Shown: positions 41,139 through 57,370, counted from the first letter of the stretch. The stretch: DNA of 64,000 nucleotides from Octopus vulgaris (GCA_951406725.2 OX597831.1:37138001-37202000); one strand, 5' to 3'. Numbers and translations are program-made. The notes: generated by a model from the letters alone, not told the origin.

Positions 41139-41805
41139 CAAATTGACTGATAGAGAAAAAGTATGAGGCGTAAATTTGGCGCTGGGTGGCGGGGATTCGG
41201 TTGACAAATCTGTTGAAGGCAATTTTCCAGCATTTGCCGCAATTCGATTCAAAAGAACAGTTTTCCAATGCCATCGTTATGCATTAATATAGCTAATAAA
41301 AAATGGATTTTGTCGTTTTATCGCTGTTGCTTGATCTAACTATTTATTTTTACTTCCTATTTTGTAATTATTCCTTTCTTTTCTTTGTGCCTTAGTCTGT
41401 GGTCTTTTCTATAGATTTTACTCCTGAAGGATATTTTCCAGCTCTGTATGCTTCGAGTACAATTTGTTGGTTGCATTTAAACGTGTTGCTTCTGTTTTAT
41501 ATATTTATTTATTCATTTTATTTTGAGCATCATAGCATTAACCAGAATGTGTGCAATGCTTATTGAATCTGTAGTTTTACGCTTTTTAATAATATCTAAT
41601 GACTGGATTTCTTCGTGTATATTTTTTTCGACCATGTATTCACTTAGCTAATCCTAATGCTCACAAATAACTTGCCTCTAGCGTTAGTTTTGATAATTCT
41701 TCTGGCTCATTTTTATATTTTCGTTCGCTTTTGAATAAAGTTTTGCTTTCAGAGATTGATAAACGAATGAACAGACTTTTACTATATGAAACACATACAC
41801 ATATA

Positions 41806-41873
<68 letters not shown>

Positions 41874-41874
<1 letters not shown>

Positions 41875-42038
41875 TCTTTCTCCGTCTTCCCTTCTTTGGA
41901 CTTTTTCTATATTCCCGATGAGGAGCTCCGCTCGAAACGTGATATCCTCTCTTTTTCTTTCCTTTGCTGAGCGTCCAATAACACTGTACTTATTCCATGT
42001 CCTCGTGTTGTTCTTTCTTGCTTGTTCATATTTGGATT

Positions 42039-42042
<4 letters not shown>
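41874..42042 (+). mobile_element. PLE-type end with minimal HHR, between (TA)n runs
   Basis: 41915-41941 C(C)GATGA g gagc tcc gctc GAAA c GT(G). Confidence 0.6.
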
Positions 42043-42085
<43 letters not shown>

Positions 42086-42103
42086 TATATATATAAATAT
42101 ATA

Positions 42104-42673
42104 TTGGGTTGTCCGGAAAGTTCGTGTCGATTTTTAAAGGAACGAAAAAGGTCAATAAATTCTTGCCATTACCCAAGCTTTACCAGGTGGTCATGAATTA
42201 CCGATTTTGATAGATCGAGTCTTTCTGCCAATTCTCGGGTTGTGCAATGTGTTATTCACAATCAATGACTTGATTTGGTCATCATCTGTAGTGGATGGTC
42301 TGCCTGATCGCTCTTTATCAATAAGGCTGCAATCTCCAGCTCGGAACCTTGCGAACCACTTCCGTACAGTTCTTTCGGATAAAGAAACATCACTGTAAAC
42401 TGCGTATATTTCTTTGGTTGCTTCTGAGGCATTTTTCCTTTTACGGAAAAAGAAAAGCATCAAGTGCCGAAAATGAAGTTTCTTATCTTCCATTTTAAAG
42501 GGTTACAGAATTATCACAGGTTATAGGAACATAAACGTTCTTCCACAAAAAATAACTTAAACTCTGCTCTAAATGGAGGTGTAGTCAAATCCTATTTCAT
42601 GGACTCAAACATGCTCTAAAATAAGTCGAAAGGTAAGCTACAATAAATCGGCACGATCTTTCCGGACAGCCCA

Positions 42674-42674
<1 letters not shown>
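42104..42674 (-). mobile_element. Internally deleted mariner transposon
   Basis: TIRs ttgggttgtccggaaagttcgtgtcgattt / aaatcggcacgatctttccggacagcccaa with TA each side; ORF 42191-42493 MEDKKLHFRHLMLFFF...RTVRKWFARFRAGD...RSGRP (HTH). Confidence 0.92.
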
Positions 42675-42731
<57 letters not shown>

Positions 42732-42860
42732 GTACAAATACTGATAGGGCACAGATAGTGTGTCTATAGCCAGCTGGAGGAGATATCTTCCTGTGGCTAC
42801 AAAATACAGTAGCATCCACCCTTAGGGGTTAGCCATATTCAAATGGCAAATATACGTCAC

Positions 42861-42897
<37 letters not shown>

Positions 42898-42921
42898 GTA
42901 CATACATACATACACGTAGAT

Positions 42922-44860
42922 TGTTGTGTAGTGAATATATAAACCCCTCCCGGTAAAAATGTGTTAGTAACCAACCATTATAAATAGAGCAGTAGCCGGT
43001 CGACAGGGGATGGTCGATAGTACTTGTAGGCTGAATTGATAGTCGTGTCTGTGCTACTATATAGTAATCATACTGTGATACTGAGTGGACGTTATATCGT
43101 TTCAACCTTTTGAGGATAATACTGTACGACAGGGATTCGTACATTATCAGATAGAAATATTCTATCGACGACATCGGAATATAACGATATCGGTCAGAGA
43201 CAGATAAAACAATGCCAAAAGTCCGCTTTACAATAGTGGCGACGAGGAAAAACAAATTTCCGCAAACTGAAAATTAAAAGCGTTCACACGGAGAGATTAA
43301 ACTAATTCCCGTGGAAAAATTAAATACCTCCCCCACCAAAAAAAAAAGAAACCTTGTGTAAACTTAGGAAAATCGTAAAATATTGAGGAGTTGTTAGCTG
43401 GAATAATTGAGTTGCAAAAACAGCAGCAACAACAAAGATTGTAGCAACAAATATTACACTTAATGAAGTTGATAACCAAACCAGAGTATACATTTTCACC
43501 TGACGATGTAGGAAATTCCATAAGCGAATTCAAATACCCCGAAGAAGGAGAAAACCTTCGAGGCTTACTTTCGAAGATGTCAATAAATTTTTGAAGAAGA
43601 ATGTCAGGATTGGACGGACGATATAAAAACGCATCTAGTTTTAAGAAATCTATCGGCTGTAGAGCATGAGAAGTATAGTAACCTCATATTTCTAAAAAAA
43701 AAAAAATGCGTCCGACATAAATTTCACCAACATAGTTGACATATTTTGCAAAATGTTTAGTGAAAAGAGCTCACAGTTTAATACTAGATGGAATGTTTAA
43801 ACATAGTTAAGAGCAAAGATGAAGACTTCACTACACAGGCAGAATCAATAAAGAATGAGAGAGATTTAGGATAGATATGCTTACTCCAGATTCTGTCAAG
43901 TAATTGACTTTTGCAGAAGGACTGACAGATAGAAGGGATGCATAAACCTGAACGAAATTTACATCAAAACTGGAAATGGACCAGGATTTGACATTGCAGA
44001 AGCTGTCGGAAGAGTGTGACAGGATATTAAAATAAGGTACAACTCGGAAGAAATTCAACGGAAAGAGTGTTTCCACATAAGACCAGTGCGAAGAAGTCGG
44101 AAGACAAAGTGTTGCGCGAAAAACAAAAAAATATCGGGATGTAGACCCATGTATGGCATGTGGTAGAATGCACCTAAAAAAAAAAATTCTCCGTATAAAA
44201 AAAAGCAAAGCGTTTTCGCTGCGGGTTTACAGGTTTAAAACCGCACTGCAAGAAATAGAATGATGGGATAATGGAACAAGAAAGAAATAGTTTGACAGCA
44301 AGAAATTTTATGACTACAACAAACAGATATTTGTGAATGTGAGAATTGGAAACACTAATGCCAGAATGCAATTAGACGCAGAAAGTGATATTACAATGAT
44401 AAATGAGAAAGCATGGGAACAAATGGGTAATCTAAAATTATGTAGATCAAACAAAATAGCGTACGGTATTACGGGAAGAAAATTATATTTCACGGGCGAA
44501 TGTGTTTGTAATATAATGTTCAAAGTCAAACCAAAAGTGTGAATGTTTATGTGTTGGGAAAATCCATGAATATATTTGACACCGAGAGTATGAAGAAATT
44601 TAATTTATGGGATACACCCATAAGCGTTTTGTCCAGCAGCGTAAACAGAGCAGTTAAAACGATCGAACGAGTTCAATGAACTGAAACAAAGATAAATTAT
44701 GTGGAACATCGTGCATGAAGGACCAGTAAATTGGGAAGAAATAAAAAGAAATGCGAGAGATGACAAATTTATTAATGAGGCAAAAAGAAAACTATAATCG
44801 ACAAAAAAAATAAAAAAGGTCTGATGGGAAGAACTGCCAAGATATGAAAGTGTAAGGACC
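42922..44860 (+). mobile_element. Decayed Ty3/Gypsy element: LTR, PBS, gag, protease
   Basis: LTR-like TG...CA 42922-43232; PBS tggcgacgagg 43237-43247; gag FEEECQDWTDDIKT; protease MQLDAESDITMINEKAWEQMG; related to the 9.5-11 kb copy. Confidence 0.85.
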
Positions 44861-45264
44861 GCAAACGAATAGAAATCACTAAATAAACCATACCGCAGCT
44901 TCTAGACAATTCTGTGACAGTTACCTACCTGCATCTTGTGTGTCCACGTGGCTTAAGAACAAAAACACCTAACATCTAGTAGCCAACTTGAACTTTTTTC
45001 ACATCCTGTCACTTCATCGCCAGACACTTTGCAAGTTAGGTTCGATCTATGAGACTACAAAATTTAAGTTGTATTGAGCTGAATCAAACTGTTATTAAAT
45101 AACATACATACACACACACACACATATATATACATATATAGATAAATAGATAGATAGATAGATAGGTAGATAGACATACATAAATACACACACATATATA
45201 TACATGCATAAATACATGTATATATATGTGTGCATATATATGTAGATATATACATATACACACA

Positions 45265-45304
<40 letters not shown>

Positions 45305-45612
45305 TACGTATATATATATATACAAATATAATTACATGCATATATACAAATATAATTACATGCATATTTTTAAATAAATATATATAGTTATATCTTCATA
45401 TGTATGCGACTGTTTGGTTGTGTCTGATTCGTTACGTATGGATGTATATAACTGCTTCGTTATGTACACATGCATATATATATATATATGTATGTGTGTG
45501 TGCGTGCAAATGTGTCTGTGTGTATGTATATATATATATATATATATAATATATATTACATATATCAATATATATATACATATATACATACATATATATG
45601 CATATATATACA

Positions 45613-45650
<38 letters not shown>

Positions 45651-45658
45651 GTATATAA

Positions 45659-45716
<58 letters not shown>

Positions 45717-46234
45717 TTGGTTACTTACGCGTGTGTATATCTTCTTGTTAACTTTTACATGTGTGCACGTATCTGCGTGTTTATAGAAATATATATGCAT
45801 TGAAACTTGATGAACTTTACGCAGACTTCTTATCTTCACAAGTTTTGCTGCACTGTAAAAAATTACGACAAATAAGTTTATCTAGCTTAAATATATTGAA
45901 TAATAAAAACAAATATCAAATTGAAATATGTAAAAAAACATAAACTACGTTTATTTTAATACACAAATATTTACATTTTGTAATAGATTTTGCATTGAAC
46001 AATCTAGAAAAGTAAAATGAATTTTTCTCTCCGTTCAATATTGCTTAACTATTGTACAAACTGAAAATTTAGCCAATTGCGTGGGAATGGCGATGTATCA
46101 ATACTATTTCAGCCTTTGCAGATACTATTTGATTGAATGCCTGATATTACTATGGGTTTAAAATAAAATTTGTCCCTCTTAAAATTTTTTGCTTTTAGTT
46201 ATTTTCTATGCATAATTTTAATCTATATGCGCAG

Positions 46235-46645
46235 AAGTGATTTTGTGGTAATAAGCTTGCTTCCCAACCACATGGTTCCGTATTCGGTCAGGCTGCGTGG
46301 CACCTTGGGCAAGTGCCTTCTACTATGACCACGGGCCGATCAATACCCTGTGAATGGATTAGATAGACGGAAACTGAAGGAATCCCGCCGTGTGTCTCTC
46401 TCTCAATATATATGTTTGTGTGTGTGTGTGTGTGCGTGGTTCTGTATCTGTGTTTGTCCCTTCACCATCGCTAGACAACCGATGTTCGTGTGTCTAGGTT
46501 CCCCGTAACCTACTGGTTCCGGAAAAGAGACCCACAGAATAAATACTAGGCTTACAAATAAGTCCTGGGATCGATTTGTTTGACTAAAGGCAGTGCTCCA
46601 GCATGGCCGCAGTCAAATGACTGAAACGAGTAGCAGTAAAAGAAT
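46235..46645 (+). mobile_element. SINE family A (internal (CT)/(TG) repeat)
   Basis: Head tgtggtaataagcttgcttcccaaccacatgg; tail ctccagcatggccgcagtcaaatgactgaaac. Confidence 0.85.
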
Positions 46646-46784
46646 GGTAAATTATTTGTAATTCCATTGAGTGTCACTCCGTGCTAACCGCGAGAAATGG
46701 GGGGGGGGGGGGCAGTAACTATACTGAGACATGAGTGATCATTTTAAGTTCCCCGTTAGTCAACTTTCTCTTTCTGTCCCCTCT

Positions 46785-46822
<38 letters not shown>

Positions 46823-48468
46823 GTGGAATTTTTGAAATGCGCTTTCCCTAAAATGTATAAATACTATATATACATGTATTGCTATACATGTATGAATGCA
46901 TGTATAAATTATAAATACTATATATACATGGCGTATATATAAAGTATAAATTCATAATTATAACAAGGGATTGGCTATAAGCCTCTCCACGCACTAGAAA
47001 AATAAACCCCAAAAGACGCTATTACCATCTTAAAAACTCCGAAAACTCCGAAAAATAATTAGGTATATAATTATTATAATATTTGTAAAAATATTTGTAA
47101 AAATTGTAAAAATTACCTATAAGTTTTTTAGTTCCGCGCTGAGCCCCTGGAAATATTAAATAAGTACCAGCTACGCACTGGGGTCGATATAATCGATTTA
47201 TCCGTTTTTCTGTCCTTGTTTGTCCTCTCTGTGTTTAGCCCCTTGTGGGTAGTAAAGAAGTAGGAATATATGGAGACCATATTCTTCGGGTTGATAAAAA
47301 AATAAAGTTTCTTTTCCTGAAATATCTATTTTGTCTATCTTAGAACTTCGAGAATTAAACGATCAACGATGGGGGCTTGTGTTTCTGAGGAAGTGAATAA
47401 CTTTTGATGGAGCGTTGAATTTTGAGGAAAAGTTTATGTATTAATCGTTATCGTTGTTGTTTAAACCTATACGAATCCTCATTAAGTCATATAAATGCAA
47501 AAAAACAAATGTATTTCAGTCATGATGATAGTGAGCTTTTCTCTGTACGTAAAACAACAATATTTCCTTTTTCTTATCTTAAAATATTTACTGCAGATTG
47601 TAATTTGAGTGAGATATGGCTGCCATTGCTAAGCAGACCGAGTCGCCATATATATTAGACTTCTTCTTCGACACGTGGTTCACATTACTGCTTTGTATGT
47701 TAACTCTAGTAGAATAATTTACAAAATAAAAAAAAAATCTATAGATATTGCAAGTTCTATTTATTTCCCTACTTTATTAAATATAAATATTAAAATACAA
47801 CTAATACTCTACATTTGAGATACAGGCCAAACAAATTAGGTTATTTATATTATTTGCCTCTCTACAAGTTTTGATTCTTTTTTTCTCTATTTCTTTTTAA
47901 TAATCACAAATCACGCTAAAAAAAACATATAAATGGAAAATATACAAAGAAACATAAAATTCTCCATGTCATTTTTTTAGAAAATTATCTTTGAGAGGAT
48001 ACCTAATAAAATTCGCTTCAGCAAACATTTTGTAATTCACAAAAATGCTTAGAGTCTGGTATGTAATTAATATTCCCGAGAAAATTATTATCAAATATCT
48101 TGCTTTTATGGGCAGTAAAAGAGTAAAAACCATCCCCACTCCTCTACCAGCACAACAATCCGCTCCGCCCATACTACCACTATTACGGCTGTTGTTGATG
48201 CTCTAATAAGAATATATATTACAGTATTACATGTTCATTGATTTTTAGTTGGGCTGTTTCTTTCTTTTCTTTACTCATTCAACCAGAATTTATAATCTCT
48301 ATGAAAACATGAACAGGAATATGGCTTGATTTTTGAAGTTGTTTTTATAATTATTTTCCTCATTCCTTTCCGTTTTTCTTATTTTTGTGATTATTATTAA
48401 TGTTGTTACATTTATTGTTGTTATTGTATATCTTAGCTATAAAATATAATATGCATTTATATTTGTGG

Positions 48469-48507
<39 letters not shown>

Positions 48508-48532
48508 TATGTATATATGTATTGACGCAGAA

Positions 48533-48570
<38 letters not shown>

Positions 48571-48577
48571 ATATACA

Positions 48578-48646
<69 letters not shown>

Positions 48647-50399
48647 GTATTTATTTATTTACACACACACATAATATGCATTCATACATGGCTATATAGA
48701 TACGTGTGCATGTATTTGTACGTATATACATGCGAATCAATAGAAAGGGAAGTCTCTCACATTTTGGAATTCCGAGTTTCACGTTACTGTTTATACAAAC
48801 GACTGAAATAGGAAGTCAGTGATACAGAAAGGTAATGGAATTACATGTCAAATGTATAGGAATGTCAATAGTAAAAAGTAATATGCGTGGTTAACAGATA
48901 AACCATTAGAAAATAAGTCATGCATTCATAAGTCTATCTGCATAGTTCAAGAATTCATCGAAGAGCATAAGTCGTATATATCCCAGGTGAAGTAATTAAT
49001 TAATATTTAATGGGATGATGTGTACTTCTATTGATATACTGTGATTTCTAATTACTTTTGTAAAAAGGGATATTTTATGGCTACCTAAATTTAGTCATAT
49101 CTCTGCATACTTGATCACAGTATGTAGAAATTTAAACATAGTTAATATCTTAGATGTATGTCTAAATTTATGTAGGAGTAAATATTTCCTTTATAGCAAA
49201 CGGAAGTGAATTTGTTCTATATTAATGTAAATTCCATTTTCCAATATTATTTGAAAACTGATTTTATACCATTTCCAAGCGTCCATATATATTATCCTCT
49301 GATAGAGAGATCCTTTCACCATCCGGAATCTCGTTAAAATGACACGTTAAACGACAGCAGTTAATTCTCTCTATATGTTCGCACAAATGCTGCCACGATT
49401 TTCCTAAACCATATCAGTATTTTTCTGTGGACCATAGATGAGGTGAGAAATGTATTAATAATGGTGATAAGGTGAGCTATAATGATAAAAAGGTTTCACT
49501 TTTTCTATGTCTAGTATTGATACAAACAATTTCAGATTTCAATCCAATCATACATATCTCTTTTCTCTTCTCAAACTGTGTATATCGAGTACGGCATTCA
49601 TTGCAGATAAGAAGGATTTACTGAGAATTTCTTTAAAGTACGATGGTCATGACATGTGCATGTATTCAGACAAATAGAAACACACCTTACTAATTTGCCT
49701 AAATATGTATGGAGTTCAGGACCGATAATATCAAAAGTTATGAACATTATAGAAAACGCTGTCACCTATAAGAATCGTAGGTGATTCGTGTCACCTATGT
49801 TTTTCCGGAGAAGTATAACATTCTATTACAGCAGTCTAAAGTTTTGAACGAAAATTATTATGTATTGGCATTTCGTCAACTATTTATCGAGACGTTTCGA
49901 CAACCTTCTGAATAAAATAATTAATTTCCTACCTAATGAAATGTTCGTACTCAAAATAATGACAATCAGATATAAAATAAACCATTACTTAATCAACAAA
50001 AGCAATCCGAAAAAATAACTGCCTCGATCACTTGTCCATCTTTTAAACATATGATGTACAGACATAAATATTTCACTTGCTCTTTGCATGAGAATATTTA
50101 CAGACATCCCATTTTCAATACATACCAAATGAATAAAAAATGCGTGTCTCATTTCCTAAAATTTTACAGTAACTATTCGAACATGCATGTATTTTTAGCA
50201 ATAACATTTTTAATGCGATCGTTAATGTATTTGTTAAGATATTGCCAAGAAAATTCCATATTTCGATCGTTTGACGCGTCAGTACTGTGACACCCAGTTA
50301 TTAATTAAATAAGTATTCTCTGTTTCATGTAATGAGCATTTTACTTTGTCTGTAAACACAAAAGGAGATCAGTACATTTCCACATATAACTTATGATCC

Positions 50400-50615
50400 T
50401 CACTCACGTGCCTTATTTTTGTCTCATTTCTTCTCCTTTTCCCTGTTTCTCCTGGACATTTCTCTGATATCCGAAGAAGGACTATGTCTGAAACGTCATA
50501 ACGTTTACTTTTTCTTTTCTTACTTGAGTTGACCTAATAATATCGGTTGTTTAGTCTCTTGTATTTTTGTTGTTTTAAATTTTGTTGTGTCCTTGTGTTT
50601 TGTTTATGTTCATAT
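50400..50615 (+). mobile_element. PLE-type end with minimal HHR
   Basis: 50468-50500 tat C(C)GAAGA a ggac tat gtct GAAA c GTC ata; pyrimidine-rich context like 41874-42042. Confidence 0.55.
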
Positions 50616-50637
50616 ATGTATATAGGTACATACATAT

Positions 50638-50955
50638 GTGAAGGCACATGGCTCAGTGGTTAGAGCGTCGAGCTTACGATCTTTAGGTTGTTAGCTCGAA
50701 TCCCGGACCGGGCTGTGTGTTATGTTCTTGAGCAAGACACTTTATTTCACGTTGTTCCAGTTCACTCAGCTGTAGAAATGAGTTGCGACATCACAGGTGC
50801 CAAGCCTTTGCCTTTCCCATAACACTGGTGGCGTGGAGAGGGGAGGCCTGTATGCATGGGTGACTGCTGGTCTTCCATGGCCGGACATGTGCCTGAGAGG
50901 GTAACTTTCTAGGTGTAATCACATGGTCTGTGTCGTGACCTAAGGGGGTCTCAGA
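50638..50955 (+). mobile_element. tRNA-derived CORE-type SINE
   Basis: A box tggctcagtgg, B-box-like gctcgaatccc, CORE-like gttcttgagcaagacactt...cagctgtagaaatg. Confidence 0.8.
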
Positions 50956-51013
50956 TACATACATATATATATACATATGTACTACATATATACATACACA
51001 CACACACACACAT

Positions 51014-51044
<31 letters not shown>

Positions 51045-51269
51045 CATATACACACATATATATACATATATATATACACATATATATCTTTATATAAGTT
51101 GGTTTTTATAACAATATATATGTGTGCGTATATTATAAGTTCTTCAACCAGTCTAATTTGGGATGCTTCTATCCTTCTGAGCTTTATATAACCTCACTTG
51201 TACTTTAATATATAAATAAGTATATATATACATTGTACTCATTACTTGTTTCAGCCGGTGTTTCACATC

Positions 51270-51680
51270 TCCACGGCTGTACGCGCTTTTCGCCCAGCAG
51301 TTGGCCGAATTGGGGTATAAGAGAGTTTGATTCGTCTGCACCTCATGTCAGGCAATAGGTTCATCCAGCAGTGTGGCCCAAAGGATGTCTAGTTCCTTTT
51401 TGGAATATATCTACTTGCACCTTATTCCGATTTCTCAATTTTTGTGGCAGGTCATTGAAGAGATATGGGCGTTTCAATCCTAGAGTATTGCAGTATCGGG
51501 TCCTGAATTTAGATGGTAAAATACAATGGCGGCCACTTCTGGCATTTGTATAACGCACAATGCCGAAATTAGGTACTAGCCGTTCTGGAGTTTTCCATAT
51601 TTAGCTTATTACATAACTGTCGTGCCCTCGCTCCTGGGTGTAAAGTTGCAATTTTCTCAGCCTATACCTGTACCTCATCC
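51270..51680 (-). mobile_element. CR1-like LINE 3' remnant
   Basis: RSGRHC...RPYLFNDLPQKLRN...VDIF...DEP resembles the CR1-group C-terminal P.LFN.LP...FK..LD...PDEP pattern. Confidence 0.6.
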
Positions 51681-51730
51681 ACTGCAGTGTTTCAATACTA
51701 ACTCCATATTTATACCTATTATGCATGTAA

Positions 51731-51793
<63 letters not shown>

Positions 51794-51879
51794 ATGTGCA
51801 TACTTATATATATATACATATGTATGTACATATGCATACATATATATGTATTATGTATGTATATATCTATACACTTACT

Positions 51880-52099
51880 ACTTTACTCTTTTACTTGTTC
51901 CACTCATTTGACTGTGGCCATGCTGGAGCACCGCATTAACTCGAGCAAGTCGAAGCCAGGACTTATTCTTTGTAAGCCCAGTACTTATTCTATCGGTTAT
52001 TTTGCAAAACCGCTAAGTTACGGGGACGTAAACACACCAGCATCGGTTGTCATGCGATGTTGGGTAGACAGACACAGCGACAGAAACATATACAGAAAC

Positions 52100-52143
<44 letters not shown>

Positions 52144-52300
52144 GATGGTCTCCTTTCAGATTCCGTCTATCGAATCTACTCACAAGGCTTGGGTCGGCCC
52201 GAGGCTATCGTAGAAGACACTTACCCAAGGTGCCAGGTAGTGGGACTGAACCCGGAACCATATGGTTGGTAAACAAGCTTCTTACCACACAGACACTCCT
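51880..52300 (-). mobile_element. SINE family A
   Basis: Full reverse copy with internal (TA)n. Confidence 0.85.
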
Positions 52301-52630
52301 ACGCGTATATATGTATGTTTGTGAGAATAATTTTCCTCGAAGAAATTTCCGTGAAGTGAAATATCTGATTAAATACTTTACGTCTTTATTTCTTGCCTAC
52401 ACAAGATTAATTCCTTTTGCAAATTCAAATGGAATTTGCCTATGAAATATATACAAAAGAAAAAATACAGAAAGAAAATACTTGCCTAAAGAATTCGTAG
52501 ACGTTAAAAAATGACCATAAACTGAAAAGGAAGAAAAAATAATAGTCAAAAATGCATGGAATATAAAAATCAGAAACAATTACTACAGTAAACTTTTATC
52601 ATATCCTAATTCATGCAAGAACTTGCAAGA

Positions 52631-53175
<545 letters not shown>

Positions 53176-53645
53176 TGTTTGAGGTTGAGCAAAAATGCAG
53201 ATAAATATTGATAAAAAGAATGAATATGTGAAATTAAGTTTCTGTGTAAAAAGCATCGCAAATGTTGGGTGAAGTGGGAGAAAAATCAGATAAAAGAAAT
53301 AGAGATGAATTGATGAAAATGTGCTGTAAGAGAAGATTTCGTTGGTGTTGGTTATCTAGGGGGTGATATTTACAATACTTCTTATTATATAAAGGAAAGA
53401 GATAATGAAAGGGAAACAAATAGGGTGCTCATTCATACACACATATATATACATATATATGCATATATATATATATAATCACATACACATACATCTATAC
53501 GCATATATATATATATGTATATATATATTTAAATGTTTATATGTCTGTCTATCTATCTATCTATCTGTCTGTTTGTCTTTCTAACTAGCTAGCTACCTAG
53601 CTACCTAGCCCTCTCTTTTCCTATACACACAGCATATATATACGT

Positions 53646-53706
<61 letters not shown>

Positions 53707-53889
53707 TATATATTTATATACATATATATACATTTATATTTATATATAAATTATCTATTCAAAAGAAAAAATTAAATCACACCATCTAGAAAATTACATG
53801 TAATAGAAATATTAAATATAAGATTAAAAAAATACACCGATGATTAAGTAATGTACAAAATAATCAATAAAACGTATATATTTCGTAGA

Positions 53890-53994
53890 ATAACGATACG
53901 GGTTTCGTGGCTATTTTTAAGAAATGATTATAGTAAAAATATTAGTAGTAGTAATAAAATCACTTCAATATAAATATAGCCACTCATCAGGTTA
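53890..53994 (-). ncRNA. Hammerhead motif with intact core and long stem II loop
   Basis: taac CTGATGA gtggctat ...AT-rich loop... atagccac GAAA cccgt ATC gtta; stem III not clean. Confidence 0.6.
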
Positions 53995-54068
53995 AAAATA
54001 ACTACGATAATAAGTAAATTAATTAATAAATATACGTAAATAATCTTTTAAAATATAAATATATTCTG

Positions 54069-54129
<61 letters not shown>

Positions 54130-55605
54130 ATATAAAATATACATTAAGTGAAAGCTAAATACAACACTTTAAACTATATACATTAAATCAAATTATTAAT
54201 TAATACATTTATTTAATAAACATCCAAATACAGTCTAATATCCATTAAGAGATTAATGATAAAATCCTTAAAAGTAATTAATATACACAATGATAGTAGA
54301 AGCCATATATACTGGAATCAAAACTAAGAAATGATTCAAATGTAGACACACCCATTATATAAACTAACTATATAGTTAATATATATGTAGTATCTATAGA
54401 TTTAATATATCACTCAATAATTATAGTTGACCAAAATATCAAGCTAATTTACTTAAATGTACTATTACCTGATAAATATACTACCTAATTATTAAATAAT
54501 GTATTTTCTAAGAAAATTAATTCTCAAATTAAATTATATGTAATACGTTAAATCCCTTTGTAAAAATAGTAATAAATCATTCTAATATTAATAACTATCA
54601 TAACTTATAACTATCAATATATATATAAATGATAATATTTCAACAACAATAATAATAACAATAATAATCAATTATAATAATATAATTCAAAAGCCAAATA
54701 CTATTTATAAGCAAAAACCGTTACTTAGCTTGTCGATGAAAATAATATAACTGAATGTTAAGCGTAAAAAATATATAGGTCTTAGTGTTTATAAAAATTA
54801 AACGCCAGAAGTCTTAGTGTAAACAAATAAAATAAATTATCATTGAAAATGGCGAAAACTATTTACTAATGAAAGGTACGAAAAACATATAAGCCCCATA
54901 AATTAAAGAAAGGTACGAAAAATATTAGGACAAATGAACAATACACTATGAAGACATTCAACTACAAATCCACTCAATTATAATATTAATAATAACAGCA
55001 ATCAAACTCAATATAATACAAAATCCAAACAATATTGATAAACAAACAACGTTACTAAGCTTATCATTTAAATTAATATAACTGGATTTTAAAAGTACAA
55101 AAATAGGTCTTAGCTTCTTAATTAATATACCCAATGCTAGTACAAGTCATAAATACTGGAATCAAAAATAGTTTTGTTTTGATTATGGAATTAAATAGGG
55201 CGTGGGTTGATTTATTGTCAGGTGATTTTTGGCCAACTTGTAGGATAGAAATGGGGAGAAATAAAAATAGGGAATAATGGTGAGAGAAGAGAGAATTTAC
55301 AGGGGAAGAAAAAGAGGTTTAGAGGAAAAGTGCAATGCATAAAAATATTTGAAATGGGAAGTGTTAGGCATAGATAGAAAGATAGATAGGCATATAAACA
55401 GTAAGATAAAGAGATAGGTGTAGAGTGAGAAGGGTAGAGAATCAGAGAGACAGTGTACGAACAAACAGGGAAAGAGAATTAGCTGGGAGGAGAGCGCAAA
55501 AGAACGAGATTGTAAATAACCTAAAATAAAGAAGTGCAAATTGTTAGAGAATGAAGGAATGAGATAGAAAGAACGAAAGAAAGAAAGGAAGAAATAAAGA
55601 AAGTA

Positions 55606-55673
55606 AGATAGATAGACTGACAGATAGAGAGATTCACAAATAGATTGATTGATTGATAGATTGATTGATTTAC

Positions 55674-55721
<48 letters not shown>

Positions 55722-55803
55722 TGATAGATAGATAGATAGATAGATAGATAGAAAGATAGAGAGAGAGAGAGAGAGAGATAGACAGATAGACAGATAGACA
55801 GAC

Positions 55804-55845
<42 letters not shown>

Positions 55846-56070
55846 GCAGACAGATAGATAGATAGAGAGATAGGCAGACAGACAGATATATTTCTTAATT
55901 GGCCACGCAGGGCTGAACACAGAAGGGAAAAATACAAAGTAGGGCTTTTCTTTTTGGGAAGAAGAGGAGAAAAAATTGGGCGAATTCCGATCAAAAGGCA
56001 TCGTGAAAAAAAAGTGGGGCCGATCAATAGGAATCGTGTATCACAGAAATGTAATGTAAAAAGGATAGAC

Positions 56071-56123
<53 letters not shown>

Positions 56124-56143
56124 CACAAATATGTAGAATGATT

Positions 56144-56177
<34 letters not shown>

Positions 56178-56224
56178 GAGATAGAGCGTATGACGCAAGG
56201 AAACTTATAATTGGATGAGAGACA

Positions 56225-56260
<36 letters not shown>
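55606..56260. repeat. (GATA)n/(GA)n arrays
   Basis: Directly visible. Confidence 0.95.
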
Positions 56261-56264
<4 letters not shown>

Positions 56265-56721
56265 GAGAGAGAAAGAAATAGTAAGATTTGAGACATTCAA
56301 TGCAATGCAGGCAAGAGTTTTACAGACTTATGAAACAATAAACTATTAAAAGCTGAAAGATTTTGTCTGGAAAATGAAAATGAATAAATAAATAAATGAC
56401 ATGTTCGGATTTCAGAGATTTAGTATTCGGTAGATAAATCTTTCTTGAGTTCAAACATTTTACCATTTTTAACTTTCCAGTAATAGTCTCATTCATAATA
56501 GAAACAGTTGCTTATTTGTCTTGTGGTGATAATATATACCCCAGGACCATACGCAAACACTTATGAACACACACTCAAACCACACACACACACAAGCAAA
56601 CGCTCACGCACACACATACATACACATGCGCACACATAGATTTATAATCTAATGCGGATACATACACATGTCCTCCTAGAGATGACTTCTGCTGCTGCTG
56701 CTACTACTACAACTACTACTG

Positions 56722-56784
<63 letters not shown>

Positions 56785-57027
56785 GGCGGTTTCTTATTCC
56801 TTTATATTTGTGTATTAAAAGACAAAACAAAACAAATTAATCGGACGACATTGATTTGCAAGCCGATGTGTTCTGAGATATAGTCTTTTTCGGTCTTAAA
56901 TATTGAATAAATCATTAATCCGGTTTAAAGCTTTTTGTTGATGCATTTTAAATCACACTGTTTGTGTTGCACCAAAGTGTTTTTATCTGGAGAGTCCAAA
57001 TGTCCGTTTATGCTGTATTATTCTTTT

Positions 57028-57370
57028 CTTTTCTACAATAGGCACAAGGCCCATACGTTTTTGGGAGGTGGCAACTCGATTCGATTGATCGCAGTACGTA
57101 ACTGGTACTTAATTTATCGACCCCAAAAGGATGAAAGTCAAAGTCGACCTCGGCGGAATTTAAACTCAGAACCTATTTCTTTACTACCCACAAGGGGCTA
57201 ACACAGAGGGACAAACAAGGAAAGACAAACAAATTAAGTCAATTACATCGACTCCAGTGCGTAACTGGTACTTAATTTATCGATCCCGAAAGGACGAAAG
57301 GCAAAGTCGACTTCGGCGGAATTTGAACTCAGAACGTAACGGCAGATGAAATACCGCTAAGCATTTCGCG
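57028..57370 (-). mobile_element. SINE family B dimer
   Basis: Two aaagtcgac.tcggcggaattt.aactcagaac modules. Confidence 0.8.

Noticed and set aside
48740-50400. Possible decayed PLE coding region (also 25680-26300)
   Set aside because: Only faint motif echoes, too degenerate to call.
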